A DNA stretch of 64,000 bases from a virus (Duplodnaviria > Caudoviricetes): IMG/VR virus record IMGVR_UViG_3300044557_000185, positions 32,001-96,000 of that record. The stretch is one strand, 5' to 3'. The notes beneath the pieces are model-generated. The model did not search any database. It saw nothing but the letters and a program-made list of their open reading frames with translations, and had not been told where the DNA came from. Position numbers and translations under genes: made by a program. Positions 20,716-30,927 of this stretch are shown here, one piece after another. Position 1 is the stretch's first letter; every line of letters starts with the position of its first letter.

Positions 20716-21152
20716 TTTTGTCTTGCTTTCTTTATAGCTATAGCTTCATTTACTTTCTTGACATCGCACAATCTATCAAAGCCAAGAGAAGCAAAATTAG
20801 CTGAAACAACAAGATAGTAAGATGCACGTATCAATTCATCTTGACTAGTCAAAGTAAGACATGCTAGAACGAAATCTATAGCTGTAAGAATAGAAAGAGA
20901 TATCAGAAATATAGCTTCGACATTCTTGATCTGTGTAAGCTCTGAAAATAGCACGCATATACACAAAACTACTAAAGCAAGTGATACTATATTTCTGTGA
21001 GTGTATGTTTCATATGGCTGAAGCAATCTCTCAGTAGTGATAACTCCAAAGAATACGACTGTGAAGTATGTGAAGAACTTTCTGAAGAACAGCAAAAGCG
21101 ATACTTTCTCTTTTTCTGTCTTATCTTTATTAGTACGAGATGCTCGTTTCAT
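20712..21152 (-). CDS. membrane protein with about 4 TM segments
   Basis: Hydrophobic segments; start moved to the ATG at 21152 to avoid overlap. Confidence 0.6.
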   Translation of the reverse strand: MKRASRTNKDKTEKEKVSLLLFFRKFFTYFTVVFFGVITTERLLQPYETYTHRNIVSLALVVLCICVLFSELTQIKNVEAIFLISLSILTAIDFVLACLTLTSQDELIRASYYLVVSANFASLGFDRLCDVKKVNEAIAIKKARQK

Positions 21153-21162
21153 AGCATCAACT

Positions 21163-21768
21163 CTATTCTGAATCTGGTCTGATGTCAATGTCATCAATTG
21201 TGAAGAAGTCTGATGTGTCAATTCTTGCTGCAAAATTGATGATGCTGTTGAAGGAGATGTAGTTTGTGTATACATAAGTATCACTGTCCCAAGGTATGCC
21301 TTTTGATACTGAATCTGAACCGATTTGCAAGCTAGTCGTATCGATGTCTATCTTAGCGCCTGAAGCTTTATGCAAATATGACATAAGCACTGAGCTATTA
21401 GGTCTAAGATGAGAGAACATTATGATATTGATGTAAGCATCAATAAGTCTGTTTCTTTGCTGAGACGATAATGCGTAGACATAGACCGAGCATGAAGCTT
21501 TGCATTTTCCATCTTGAACAGGCATGCCATTGTAGTCTTCATGCCATCTGCCTACATTGGCCTGTTGTATCTCTGATATGTTTGCTGCGACTCTTACGAA
21601 TGGGAACTCGGTCTTGACTTGAGGGAATTCCGGATACGTGTTCTTGTCTTCGTCAAGCTGGTCTAAAGCAGGATCTAGCTCATGCCACAGAGATGGCTTG
21701 ATCGATTCTCTCAGACCAAGCACGAAAGCGTTCTTGATTGAAGTCGTCAAGCCATCTGTCATATTCAT
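21163..21768 (-). CDS. putative tail completion/neck protein
   Basis: YPEFP...FP.V and VYALSSQQRNRL.D motifs; next to the sheath gene. Confidence 0.5.
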   Translation of the reverse strand: MNMTDGLTTSIKNAFVLGLRESIKPSLWHELDPALDQLDEDKNTYPEFPQVKTEFPFVRVAANISEIQQANVGRWHEDYNGMPVQDGKCKASCSVYVYALSSQQRNRLIDAYINIIMFSHLRPNSSVLMSYLHKASGAKIDIDTTSLQIGSDSVSKGIPWDSDTYVYTNYISFNSIINFAARIDTSDFFTIDDIDIRPDSE

Positions 21769-21802
21769 ATCCTATCTTTATACTCAGTATATACTCAGAA
21801 TT

Positions 21803-21888
21803 ATCACGTTTATCTCTGTGAACATAGCATATCATGTCTATATAATTATATATACTCAAAAATCTAAGTTAACAGAGAACAACGTCGT
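21803..21888. repeat. 86-bp palindrome, copy 4 (inverted orientation)
   Basis: ATCACGTTTATCTCTGTGAAC...TATATAATTATATA...ACAGAGAACAACGTCGT. Confidence 0.95.
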
Positions 21889-21891
21889 AAT

Positions 21892-23211
21892 TCACTCAGA
21901 ATCTACTGAGAATGTGACATATATCCAGTCGATAGATGCAAGCCACTTGTACTTGAATTCTACGTCTATCGTGCCAGGAGAGCCTGCTCTGTTAGTCACA
22001 GACACGTCTGAGAAGTCTGCTATTATCTGCTGAGACTGCTGCTGAGTAAGAATCATGTCCACTTTAGCAGACATTTCAGACAGAATGACTGCTGTAGACG
22101 GCAATCCTACGTATATGTCTAGAGCAGTTCTCATTATTCTGATGATAGACTGCCTTACAGCGCCATAAGACCATTCTACGATGCTGGACTGAGTAGTAGC
22201 TATGCCATGGCGTATTCTCATCGACGAATTCGACTTCTCGATGACTGTGCAGCCGGATGCTGCAAGAGTGTTCTTCTCTTCATACAGGAAGTTCTGGACT
22301 CCATAGAAGCCATACACATTGCTTCTTGTCAGAGACTCCCATACTTGAGACTGCATGATAAGGCCGCATACTGCTGCTGAGAACAACCAGCCTGGAGCAT
22401 TTACTGGATTGCTGGAAGACGATGGCAGAATGCTTGCGATATTGTTCGGTATGAACATTATGTCATCGTTGTTCAGATTCCTTGCGAAATTGCATAGCTG
22501 GTCTACGGAATATGTAGAAGATGTGCCGTCTAAAGCGAACACTCCTCGTCTTTCAAGAGCGTTAGAATTGCACCAAGCTACATGAGCAGCTACAAGAGAC
22601 ATCTCGTCAGCAGAAAGACCAGCGAAAGTGACAAGAGTCACGTCTTCCTGTATCTTTAGGCTTTCAAGAGCGCTCTGCAAAGTATTGCCTGGATTGTTGT
22701 CTGCAGCGGCGATGACTGGTACTATGCATATAGAAGTAGCGCCATTGTCAAAAGCGAAGTCTGCTGCAGCTGAAGCTGCAGACACTACATTGCCATTGTC
22801 ATCGAAGCCAGTGCCATAGAATGCTTCCACAGACTGTTTAGAGAACCATCTCAATGGCTCGAAGAAGTTGTCTGGCAGCCATGCGTAGCTTATCGATATC
22901 GGCTGAGTTGATATGTCTGCATTAGTTATCGTTATAGAGAAGTTCGACAGATCTTCTGACTGAGCTACAGTGTAGTCAGTGTCTTTGACTAGAGCTGTGC
23001 CATCTTGAGAAGCAAGAGATACTTTGCTAAGAATAAGATTCTTGGCGTAGATAGTGACTGTGGAGCCATTCGAAAGCAGTCTTGTAGTAGTAGTAGACGG
23101 ATAGTCTGCAAGCTTTGCGATCAATGCCATAGTGCTTGGCTGCACAAAAGCTGTAGAGCCATTAGATACTGCAGGTGCATTGACTATTACTGAAGGTGGT
23201 ATGTATGCCAT
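21892..23211 (-). CDS. tail sheath protein
   Basis: MAYIPPSV start, AFDNGA, ESLTR, IRHGIAT, V.F.YKW...I.WIYVTF sheath features. Confidence 0.85.
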   Translation of the reverse strand: MAYIPPSVIVNAPAVSNGSTAFVQPSTMALIAKLADYPSTTTTRLLSNGSTVTIYAKNLILSKVSLASQDGTALVKDTDYTVAQSEDLSNFSITITNADISTQPISISYAWLPDNFFEPLRWFSKQSVEAFYGTGFDDNGNVVSAASAAADFAFDNGATSICIVPVIAAADNNPGNTLQSALESLKIQEDVTLVTFAGLSADEMSLVAAHVAWCNSNALERRGVFALDGTSSTYSVDQLCNFARNLNNDDIMFIPNNIASILPSSSSNPVNAPGWLFSAAVCGLIMQSQVWESLTRSNVYGFYGVQNFLYEEKNTLAASGCTVIEKSNSSMRIRHGIATTQSSIVEWSYGAVRQSIIRIMRTALDIYVGLPSTAVILSEMSAKVDMILTQQQSQQIIADFSDVSVTNRAGSPGTIDVEFKYKWLASIDWIYVTFSVDSE

Positions 23212-23231
23212 TAGTAATTAGCCCCTTCTTT

Positions 23232-23732
23232 CTAGAGCTCAGAAGCTCTTGTGTATTTAGCTGTGAAATTGTAGGTAGCTTGCCTGGCGCCAGTGTTGTT
23301 GACCTGTATGCCATTAGTCACATTCGTTATGATGACGCCCTGATAGCCCAAAGCTTTAGTCGGGGCGCCATCTTCATCTATAGTGACCCATACAAGCTGC
23401 ATCGCACCAAGCTTGATCTGTTGCTTGAACAGATCTACTAGATCCTTAGCGCCCTTGAACTTGCCATTGAATATGGAGCTGAACAAGCCTTGAGCTCTTA
23501 AAGCATACATCGAGAAGTTAAGCGTGCCAGAGCTGACTGCCATCGGCGGTATAATAGCTCTTGGTCTCTGATCGCCTATAGCCATGACATCCATAGCTGA
23601 ACCAAGTGCAGGCTGGCCTGAATCGTTGAATGACACTATCAGATCAAGTGCTTTGCCTTCGAACTGCAGCACTCCATACCCTGCTCCATAAATCGAATAG
23701 TCGCGAGCGTTATATCCTAAATTTTCAGCCAT
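23232..23732 (-). CDS. tail tube protein
   Basis: 166 aa, adjacent to sheath, DSGQP..., YQGVII..V, KYTR. Confidence 0.7.
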   Translation of the reverse strand: MAENLGYNARDYSIYGAGYGVLQFEGKALDLIVSFNDSGQPALGSAMDVMAIGDQRPRAIIPPMAVSSGTLNFSMYALRAQGLFSSIFNGKFKGAKDLVDLFKQQIKLGAMQLVWVTIDEDGAPTKALGYQGVIITNVTNGIQVNNTGARQATYNFTAKYTRASEL

Positions 23733-23736
23733 TTAC

Positions 23737-24660
23737 TTATCTTTCTTTAGTAAGAGCATTTCTATAATTGTCAATTTCTTGCTCCTTAAAGAGCTTGAAA
23801 GTCATATCGTGTTCTTTGCAATATTCCTTTGCAGCTTGAACTTTAATCTGAACATTTGCAAAGGTGACAGTATATGCAGACTTAATTTCGACTAAGTCTT
23901 TGTGACCATCTTTGAAGGTGACAAGAAAGTCTGGAAAATAACGATGCCCCGTTGGAAGCTGTATCGTAAAGTTAGGTCTATCAAAATCTTGAATGCTGTC
24001 ATCCTTCAACATAAGCTCGCAGAAAGTCTGTTCGTAAGTCGAATCTGTAGGAATAGTCTTACCAGACTTTGTGATAGCTTTACCACGTATACCATTCCAT
24101 TTTTCAATCATAGCTATTCTTTCTTCATCAGAAAGATTCGCCCAACGCTCTTTTACTATTTCACTCATTAGAGCTCTATGTTCTGGTGATCTGGCTATAG
24201 CTCGTTTCTTTGCAAAGCATTCAGGAGTATGAAGCTTATAATTGTCTTTATGCAAACGATACTGTTCTTTAGCTAGTTCTCTAAGCTTTTTATTAGCTTC
24301 TGGCGTGCTTAGTGCTTCATGAATGTGTTGACAACGAACAGCTTTCTTTTCAGGATCTTCCCAAGATCGCTTGATATTCTTTGCATATCTAGCTTTGTAT
24401 TCTGGATCGTTATTGCGCTTAGATATGCTTTCAGACAAACGCTTCCTATAATCTTCATTCTGCCAGTTTCGCTTTGACAGTTCCGAAAGCTTTTCTCTTA
24501 CTTCTGGCGTATTCAGTGCCTTTTTAGTATTTTGAGAGATCTTTCTAGAAACATCTGGATTATGCTTGTTTGCTTTATGATTGTGATAGCCTCGTATGTT
24601 CTTGCATTCTTTATTGCATATTTCGCAAATTACCACGACATCCTCCGTTCCCACTCTCAA
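23737..24660 (-). CDS. homing endonuclease-like protein, C2H2 finger plus TnsA-N-like PD-(D/E)xK nuclease
   Basis: CEIC...H..H; helical repeats; RYFPDFLV...LVEIKS. Confidence 0.75.
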   Translation of the reverse strand: MRVGTEDVVVICEICNKECKNIRGYHNHKANKHNPDVSRKISQNTKKALNTPEVREKLSELSKRNWQNEDYRKRLSESISKRNNDPEYKARYAKNIKRSWEDPEKKAVRCQHIHEALSTPEANKKLRELAKEQYRLHKDNYKLHTPECFAKKRAIARSPEHRALMSEIVKERWANLSDEERIAMIEKWNGIRGKAITKSGKTIPTDSTYEQTFCELMLKDDSIQDFDRPNFTIQLPTGHRYFPDFLVTFKDGHKDLVEIKSAYTVTFANVQIKVQAAKEYCKEHDMTFKLFKEQEIDNYRNALTKER

Positions 24661-24721
24661 TTACAGCCATCTTTCAAAGCCTTCCTTAATGAATCCTATA
24701 TTGTATATTGTATCCGGTAGA

Positions 24722-26944
24722 TTATGAATTGTAGGAATTTGCGCCCTCTCTTACTATGTCTACCGAATTGATGTACGGTATCATAGAATCCCATAGTCTG
24801 AAGTCTTTGTCATAGCTGCTTGCTAGATAGTGCCTGTACTTCTCAGTAATGCCAATGCCAGAGCCTATCTTCTTGCCAGCATTAGTACCGAATGATACGA
24901 TCTTGCTAGCATCTGCAGGCGTAGCTACCCTGCAAGCGTCTATGAATGAAGACGTGGAGTTGCGCACAGCAGCTTCTATGTCTGAGAACTGTATCCATGA
25001 GCCATATGTGAGAGTAGATGCCCACTCTTTCAGAATAGACTGGACTTGCAGCAATACAGCGTCGTTGGATGCACCAAGCACATTCTGTATGACCAGCCTT
25101 ATGTCAAGACCGACAGAAATAGCTTGTCTAGAAATGACATCCGTAGAGATCTGTCTGTTCGCATCAAGAAGAGCGTCTGTTATTGCTACAGTGCGATTGT
25201 ATGAGTAGCTGAAGTTCATGACAGACGAGTCTGATGGGACAGATGAGCCTGGGACCCATGCTATCGCATCTATCTCGCGCTGAGTTCCAGCATTCAGATT
25301 CTGCTGCTTCAGAAGCCTGTAGTTCGTACCCATAACATACATTGCGCCAGATATGTTCAGTGACTCTGGGATAGTCAGCACTGGAGAGAACCCAAGGACC
25401 TGCATCTTAGTGCCATTCTGAGGATGCGTTCCGTCTTCGTAGTAGTAGTCGTTCATGTTCCATATCGAGCCAGCAACATTGTCGATAGTCTTGGAATTGA
25501 CTTGAGCGCATTCTGTCATGTCATAAGACTCTACGCCATCTACGAACACATCCACTTTGTTGACTAGCGGAGGATTTGCTGCAGGGTCATTTCTTGACTC
25601 TATAGAGCAGTATTCATGCTTGAAGAACAAGAAGTCTCCGACATTGAAATTGACGCTAGCATTGAAAGCGTCTGCAAGCTTTGCTCTGTAGACAGCGTCT
25701 GTCCATATTTCTTGTCCTCCAGATATAGGAGCAGATACTTCGCATTTGAAGCCAGATCTGTCTGGCAAAGTCAGCATAGCGCCTGATGCTACAGATCTTG
25801 GAGCTAAGTCTTCAGACTCCACTGGTACCGCTGCAGATGCTATAGCTCCCGAATAGATAGTGGCATCCGACTTAGTCGAATACACATTGCCGCTAGAGTC
25901 CTGAAGTCTTGTGCCTGCCTTAAGGACATAATTAGACTTCTGAGCTACATCGAAGCCGAATGAGACTGTTCCAGTAGCAGATGAGCCAGAGAATCTGCCT
26001 AGACCGATCTTAGTGCCAAGTGCATCCAGGTCAGCTCCGTACATGTTGTCAAGGTTCAAGTCTGCAGAAGACTTGTACAGCTTAACGACTGGCTGAGCGC
26101 CATATGATGTGTCTACGAAGTAGTCTTTGCCTTCTACATATGCATGCTCATTAGCTGTTCCTGGCTCCTTGACAAGATATGTCTGTCTTGGCCATGTGAA
26201 CTTTGAGCATGGTATCATAGACTGGAAGCCGATGCCACCGCCTAGAGATTGCGGAAGATTGACGACTTCAAGCTGCTCTTCCCATCTCTCGATAGGGCCT
26301 ATGACATTGACTCTGCTGTTGCCGACTACATTCATAGCAGTGCCCATGTATGCATCTTCAGTGCCAGCTACGTTTCTCAGGAATGTAGCTCGTATTCTAG
26401 CTCTAAGTTCTGCGTCAGTCTCTACATCATAGCCGCCAGTGAAGTTGTATCTGTTCTCGACTTTCAGGTCTTTTATGTAGAAGTTGCTTGCTATCTGATT
26501 GATCGAATAAGCATTAGCATTTCCCTGAACGCCTGGAGTAGTGCATGTTGCATTGACGAATACTTCATATTGAGCTACAGGTATGATTGCTGCATCATTA
26601 GTGCTGTATATCAGCGAGCCGTCTGTTATCTGGAAGTCAGAAGGTATGTCTACTTCTACAGTAGCTGGCGTGTCAAGATAGAATCTGACTTGACCTGTAG
26701 CTTTCAATCCGCTCTGTCTGCCAAAGCCAAGCCATGATGCTAGAGCATCAAGATCTGCGCCGCTTTTTGAGTCTATGTCGAAGAATGACATGTTGACTTG
26801 AGCATTGATGTCTATGCCAGATGCTACAGAAGCCGCGGCATCCAGTATCTTTCGTATCGGGTCTCCGACATCTGTGCTTATGTTCGGGTCGATAGTGTTC
26901 AGCGCTTTGACAAGCTGGTCAGACCATTCAGCAGGAGTCTTCAC
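24722..26944 (-). CDS. baseplate J-like protein
   Basis: G.DLDALA..LG..R..G.KATG.V.F (present twice) and GG.D.ETDAELRARI. Confidence 0.85.
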   Translation of the reverse strand: MKTPAEWSDQLVKALNTIDPNISTDVGDPIRKILDAAASVASGIDINAQVNMSFFDIDSKSGADLDALASWLGFGRQSGLKATGQVRFYLDTPATVEVDIPSDFQITDGSLIYSTNDAAIIPVAQYEVFVNATCTTPGVQGNANAYSINQIASNFYIKDLKVENRYNFTGGYDVETDAELRARIRATFLRNVAGTEDAYMGTAMNVVGNSRVNVIGPIERWEEQLEVVNLPQSLGGGIGFQSMIPCSKFTWPRQTYLVKEPGTANEHAYVEGKDYFVDTSYGAQPVVKLYKSSADLNLDNMYGADLDALGTKIGLGRFSGSSATGTVSFGFDVAQKSNYVLKAGTRLQDSSGNVYSTKSDATIYSGAIASAAVPVESEDLAPRSVASGAMLTLPDRSGFKCEVSAPISGGQEIWTDAVYRAKLADAFNASVNFNVGDFLFFKHEYCSIESRNDPAANPPLVNKVDVFVDGVESYDMTECAQVNSKTIDNVAGSIWNMNDYYYEDGTHPQNGTKMQVLGFSPVLTIPESLNISGAMYVMGTNYRLLKQQNLNAGTQREIDAIAWVPGSSVPSDSSVMNFSYSYNRTVAITDALLDANRQISTDVISRQAISVGLDIRLVIQNVLGASNDAVLLQVQSILKEWASTLTYGSWIQFSDIEAAVRNSTSSFIDACRVATPADASKIVSFGTNAGKKIGSGIGITEKYRHYLASSYDKDFRLWDSMIPYINSVDIVREGANSYNS

Positions 26945-26958
26945 TATGTTCTCCTTTC

Positions 26959-28281
26959 CTACTTGCTCTTCTCAGGCATCATCGAAAGAGTGCCATCAGA
27001 ATTGTTGACAGACATGAGCGACATCTCTGGAAGATATGTTATGTCAGACGATGACGAGAATGACTTCATTCTGTACTGATGCCCGCTTACTTGCCCTCCA
27101 GATGCTATTATGCTCTTAGACTGCTCTAGCTCGTACTCATTCTGGCTGTCGTACTGGAAAGTGTATGACGACCCGTCTTTGTTCAGAGCTGGAGCACTCA
27201 ATGGAGTCTTTCCGTACTTGCCACCAGGGAAGTTGTCAGGAGAGTCTATCCTGTCGAACTGCTTCCAGTCAGACCACTGTATCGACGAAGTCTTCTCGGA
27301 GAAGCTAGTCTCGTCTTTTGTCGTAGACTCGTATTCCGACTGGTATGAGATGTTCTTTATCTGAGTGTTGTTTGACTTGTCGTACACATAGTACTCAGAA
27401 TACTCTTGCGTCCTGTTCTCTATGTTCTTACGTACTTCTGCTTGATCACCAAGATTAAGATTGAAGTTTGCATCGTAGCCATAAGCTATCTCATCAAACA
27501 AGTATTCTGGAGGTGGCAGCTTAGATGAGTCTACTGCATTAGTCAGAGTCTTGACTATCTCGAAGTATGACGAAGATGCAGATATGTCTCTTAGATCGTC
27601 CTCTTTGTATGATGCAAGTCCGTTTGTGTCTATAGTGACGATGACATCTGCAGGCTTGATCCTGTCTAAGACTCTCAGAAGCAGGTCTTTCTGCTGAGGA
27701 GTTATGTCTTTGTTGTCTGGGACTATGACTACTTCATTTCTGAGAAGATACTGCATTCTGCCGACAGTCTCATCGCGCTTCTCATAGCGCCAAGTCTCGT
27801 ACATCTCACAGTCATCGAATGTGACAGACCTCACTGCTTCCTTGAAGCCTTTGACAGTACCGCCATCATTCATAGCGCGCATCATGTCGACGAAGCGCTC
27901 TTTGTACCATGACTCCTTGACTAGAGCTTCATTAGCTTCATCTACTGTAAGCAACGCTGCATCAGTATCGAACGAAGTCTTTTCTGAGTATACTCTTGGA
28001 AGCCCGTATATGGAAGCAAAAAGCTGGTCTACAAATCCAAGCCAAGCTGTTTCTACACCACCATTTAGCCAGTCTTTTACAGAAGCTGCTAGAAGCTGTC
28101 CAAAGCCTGCTTGTCCACATACTACTTCTACAATGTGCCTTAGATGGCTTGAAGCTGTCTTGTCATATACGTCATCATCAAAATGAGCCATTATGCTGTC
28201 TATGTCAATAGATGACAGCACTGGCAGCGTAGAGGGCATGAAGACCATGTCCTGGCCAAGAGAGCTTTCTTGCTCAGTCAT
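26959..28281 (-). CDS. baseplate wedge protein
   Basis: GGTVKG and LDRIKPA motifs; adjacent to J. Confidence 0.6.
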   Translation of the reverse strand: MTEQESSLGQDMVFMPSTLPVLSSIDIDSIMAHFDDDVYDKTASSHLRHIVEVVCGQAGFGQLLAASVKDWLNGGVETAWLGFVDQLFASIYGLPRVYSEKTSFDTDAALLTVDEANEALVKESWYKERFVDMMRAMNDGGTVKGFKEAVRSVTFDDCEMYETWRYEKRDETVGRMQYLLRNEVVIVPDNKDITPQQKDLLLRVLDRIKPADVIVTIDTNGLASYKEDDLRDISASSSYFEIVKTLTNAVDSSKLPPPEYLFDEIAYGYDANFNLNLGDQAEVRKNIENRTQEYSEYYVYDKSNNTQIKNISYQSEYESTTKDETSFSEKTSSIQWSDWKQFDRIDSPDNFPGGKYGKTPLSAPALNKDGSSYTFQYDSQNEYELEQSKSIIASGGQVSGHQYRMKSFSSSSDITYLPEMSLMSVNNSDGTLSMMPEKSK

Positions 28282-28512
28282 GACTTTCTTGCTACTTCTT
28301 CTCTATCTTAGACAGAATGACTGATATGATCGCTACTATTGCTAGTATAGAAAGCATTATGAAATTCAAGATAGCTGCTCCTATAGCTTGTATTTGATGA
28401 TGAGACCTATATCTCTATATAATCTATTATATCAAACAAGCTACGGTTTGCGATGTTTTCGCTGCTCTCTTTTGCATGAACATCATTGTCCATAGCAACA
28501 TACAGCAAAAAG

Positions 28513-29037
28513 CTACATCAGATTTTTGATGGCACGCATTGAATACTGTTGTGCTAGCATGTCGATTACATCTTCTTTTGTTATGCTAGACACTATGCTG
28601 CTGACTTTGCTGCGCAATGCTTTATTGTCGCTGATGTCATGTTTCAGATTCGATATGACAGCATCAGAGAAGTTGTCTAGATCGTCTTCTATTGCATTAG
28701 AATCAGCATCATGCATTATGCCATGTATGACATTCTTGTCTTCGTATAGTTTGTTCAATACGAACATTCTAGCTGCTTTGCTAATGACATTTGCTGTATT
28801 GCGTCTTTTGACTGATTCGTCTGCATAATCGAAATCGTTTTCTGAATCTATGCTCTTGAATGATTGCTTGTCATAGCTATGCACAGTTCTGATTAAGCGT
28901 TCAGATTCGCAATTGCGATACTTGATGGGATTGGAAGACCTTCTAGACTTCTTTCTCTTCTTGAATGCTTTAGCACCTATGACTATCATATCTGAATCAT
29001 CTAGCATATCGTCTCTTTCTGCATTACTGCAATTCAT
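28513..29037 (-). CDS. hypothetical protein
   Basis: 174-aa ORF on the coding strand. Confidence 0.55.
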   Translation of the reverse strand: MNCSNAERDDMLDDSDMIVIGAKAFKKRKKSRRSSNPIKYRNCESERLIRTVHSYDKQSFKSIDSENDFDYADESVKRRNTANVISKAARMFVLNKLYEDKNVIHGIMHDADSNAIEDDLDNFSDAVISNLKHDISDNKALRSKVSSIVSSITKEDVIDMLAQQYSMRAIKNLM

Positions 29038-29149
29038 TTCAGATTCTCGTATTTTTTCGCAAGCATTACTGCCAAGCTAGATATTGGTTTGAAGACCAAT
29101 ATGACTATCGTAGTCTATTTGAAAAATCACTCTATTTTAGAATCAGAAA

Positions 29150-29464
29150 TCAGATGCTTTCAAGTTCTGAACGTCTTCTATCCATTACATGAAGTCTGTT
29201 ATTGATAGATTCATACAAATCGAATGTCTTCTTGTCTTTTACTGGAACATTTGGCAAAGTCATTTCTGTATAAGCATATAGAACATCTAGCTCTTTGATC
29301 AAATTAGCATTCAAGTCTTCATAATGATTAAGCAAAGCATACGAAATCTTTGAGTCAAGCTTAAGCCATTGCTCTTGATTGAATGCAAGTCTGTTCATTT
29401 TAGATTTCGTGAATAGTGAATGATATGATTCATCTGCAAATTCATTTTCATTTTCAATGCTCAT
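29150..29464 (-). CDS. hypothetical protein immediately downstream of the structured RNA
   Basis: AGAAAGAAG RBS-like sequence, 104 aa. Confidence 0.6.
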   Translation of the reverse strand: MSIENENEFADESYHSLFTKSKMNRLAFNQEQWLKLDSKISYALLNHYEDLNANLIKELDVLYAYTEMTLPNVPVKDKKTFDLYESINNRLHVMDRRRSELESI

Positions 29465-29474
29465 GTTAGATTCT

Positions 29475-29970
29475 TCTTTCTATGATAAGATATTTAGATG
29501 TTGATGTGTATTCTAAGCATACTTGTCCTATTTCAGGGAAATAGCCCTGAACTGCTGTCTATAAAACAAGCTTCGGATATAGAGTATTCTATGCTGTGCA
29601 GACATTGAGGATATTGTGGTCCTCAGACTTGCATTTGCTCTGAGCATTAGATGGAACTCGTAGGCTATGCCTCTTAAGCAGACCATGAATTTCAGCATTT
29701 CTGAAGTTGCTGATCCCATCTTGCATCAGATGCAAGCACGAACAAAGATGCCAGGCTATTTCAGTACCTGCACATATGGTTGAATTGCTTCTGGATGTGA
29801 AAGCTACTGCCATCCAAAGTACTGCATGATCATCAAGCATATCGAAATCGTATGATGTCAGTAATCAACTCAATCGATATTAGCTCATGCAGCAAAAGAC
29901 CATATGCTAGACACAATGTCCATGTCTGTATTGCTCAACACAATCTTATCATAGATTGTCACCAACCTAT
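29475..29970 (-). ncRNA. putative large structured ncRNA or leader (about 500 nt)
   Basis: Perfect 13-bp closing inverted repeat 29479-29491/29943-29955, many internal hairpins, consensus promoter just upstream, no convincing ORF. Confidence 0.65.
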
Positions 29971-29976
29971 ATGAAT

Positions 29977-30005
29977 ATTATATAACACTTTTTAGCAAAT
30001 GTAAA
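29977..30005 (-). promoter_or_regulatory. sigma70-like promoter TTTACA-N17-TATAAT
   Basis: Consensus match. Confidence 0.75.
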
Positions 30006-30095
30006 ATAGTGGATTTACTAGTCTATATAATTATATGGATACTAAACAACGATTTCAATCTGGATAAACCTGACAACAACTGGAATGCTTCAGAT

Positions 30096-30124
30096 TTTAC
30101 TTTTATACAATTATGCTATATAAT
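30096..30124 (+). promoter_or_regulatory. sigma70-like promoter TTTACT-N17-TATAAT
   Basis: Consensus match, divergent from the 29977 promoter. Confidence 0.7.
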
Positions 30125-30350
30125 ACAACTACAAAAACAAAATCAGAAAGTAACTTCAAAAGCAAGTAATTTTGCTATACTAACTTCCACTTTTTCGCAA
30201 TAGCTTTAGATGTCAATAAAAGACGAAGTACATAGCTTCGTAGACGATTTTGCATTTAATGTATTGACGGGCAATTTCTATTATTGCACTTTTTGCATGC
30301 AGAGCAATAATTATATTTTTAAAGAATATAATTATTTGTATGCTTGTGAT

Positions 30351-30379
30351 TTTACTTTGATAAAAATATGGTATATAAT
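30351..30379 (+). promoter_or_regulatory. sigma70-like promoter TTTACT-N17-TATAAT
   Basis: Consensus match upstream of the plus-strand gene pair. Confidence 0.75.
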
Positions 30380-30424
30380 ATAATTATAAACCAATAAAGG
30401 TTTATACAAAAAGAAGGAATCAAA

Positions 30425-30898
30425 ATGCAAGACTACGATTATTCGATGACTAAAAGCACTTATAAAGGTGTTAGCTATTATGAAGCTGAAGGTCAGACTG
30501 AAGCTTATGATCTTGGAAAGACCACTATTGACATTCTTAATGACAATAAAGATCGACTTCTTAGCAATGGTAATGAAACAGTAATCTTCAATGGTTATTC
30601 TGAATCTGGCTATTATTGCAAGAGCATTAAAATGTCAAATGCAATTGTCTATTCTCCAATTGAGAAGAATATCAAGTCTGTTCTTTATGCTAAAGACGAA
30701 TTCTTGTCAAGTGACAATTATGATTCAGAAAACGATTATGCAATGGCTCTGCAATCATATCTAATCGAACGAAAGAAGCAAATTGTAGCTCGTGGTGGAT
30801 ATGCAAAGATTGGGCTTTCATTCTATATGGAGTCTATGACATTAGACTCTGATATCGTAGATGAGATTGTGCATATGAATGATAGCCTATTGATGTGA
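30425..30898 (+). CDS. hypothetical protein
   Basis: AAGGA RBS after a promoter. Confidence 0.7.
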   Translation: MQDYDYSMTKSTYKGVSYYEAEGQTEAYDLGKTTIDILNDNKDRLLSNGNETVIFNGYSESGYYCKSIKMSNAIVYSPIEKNIKSVLYAKDEFLSSDNYDSENDYAMALQSYLIERKKQIVARGGYAKIGLSFYMESMTLDSDIVDEIVHMNDSLLM

Positions 30899-30927
30899 TT
30901 TTAAGAAAGACAGAAAGAATTGGAAAA

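Noticed and set aside
29475-29970. tmRNA, tRNA cluster or group I/II intron
   Set aside because: No tRNA-like ends or T-loop, no recognisable intron core motifs and no interrupted host gene. An Rfam check is still needed.
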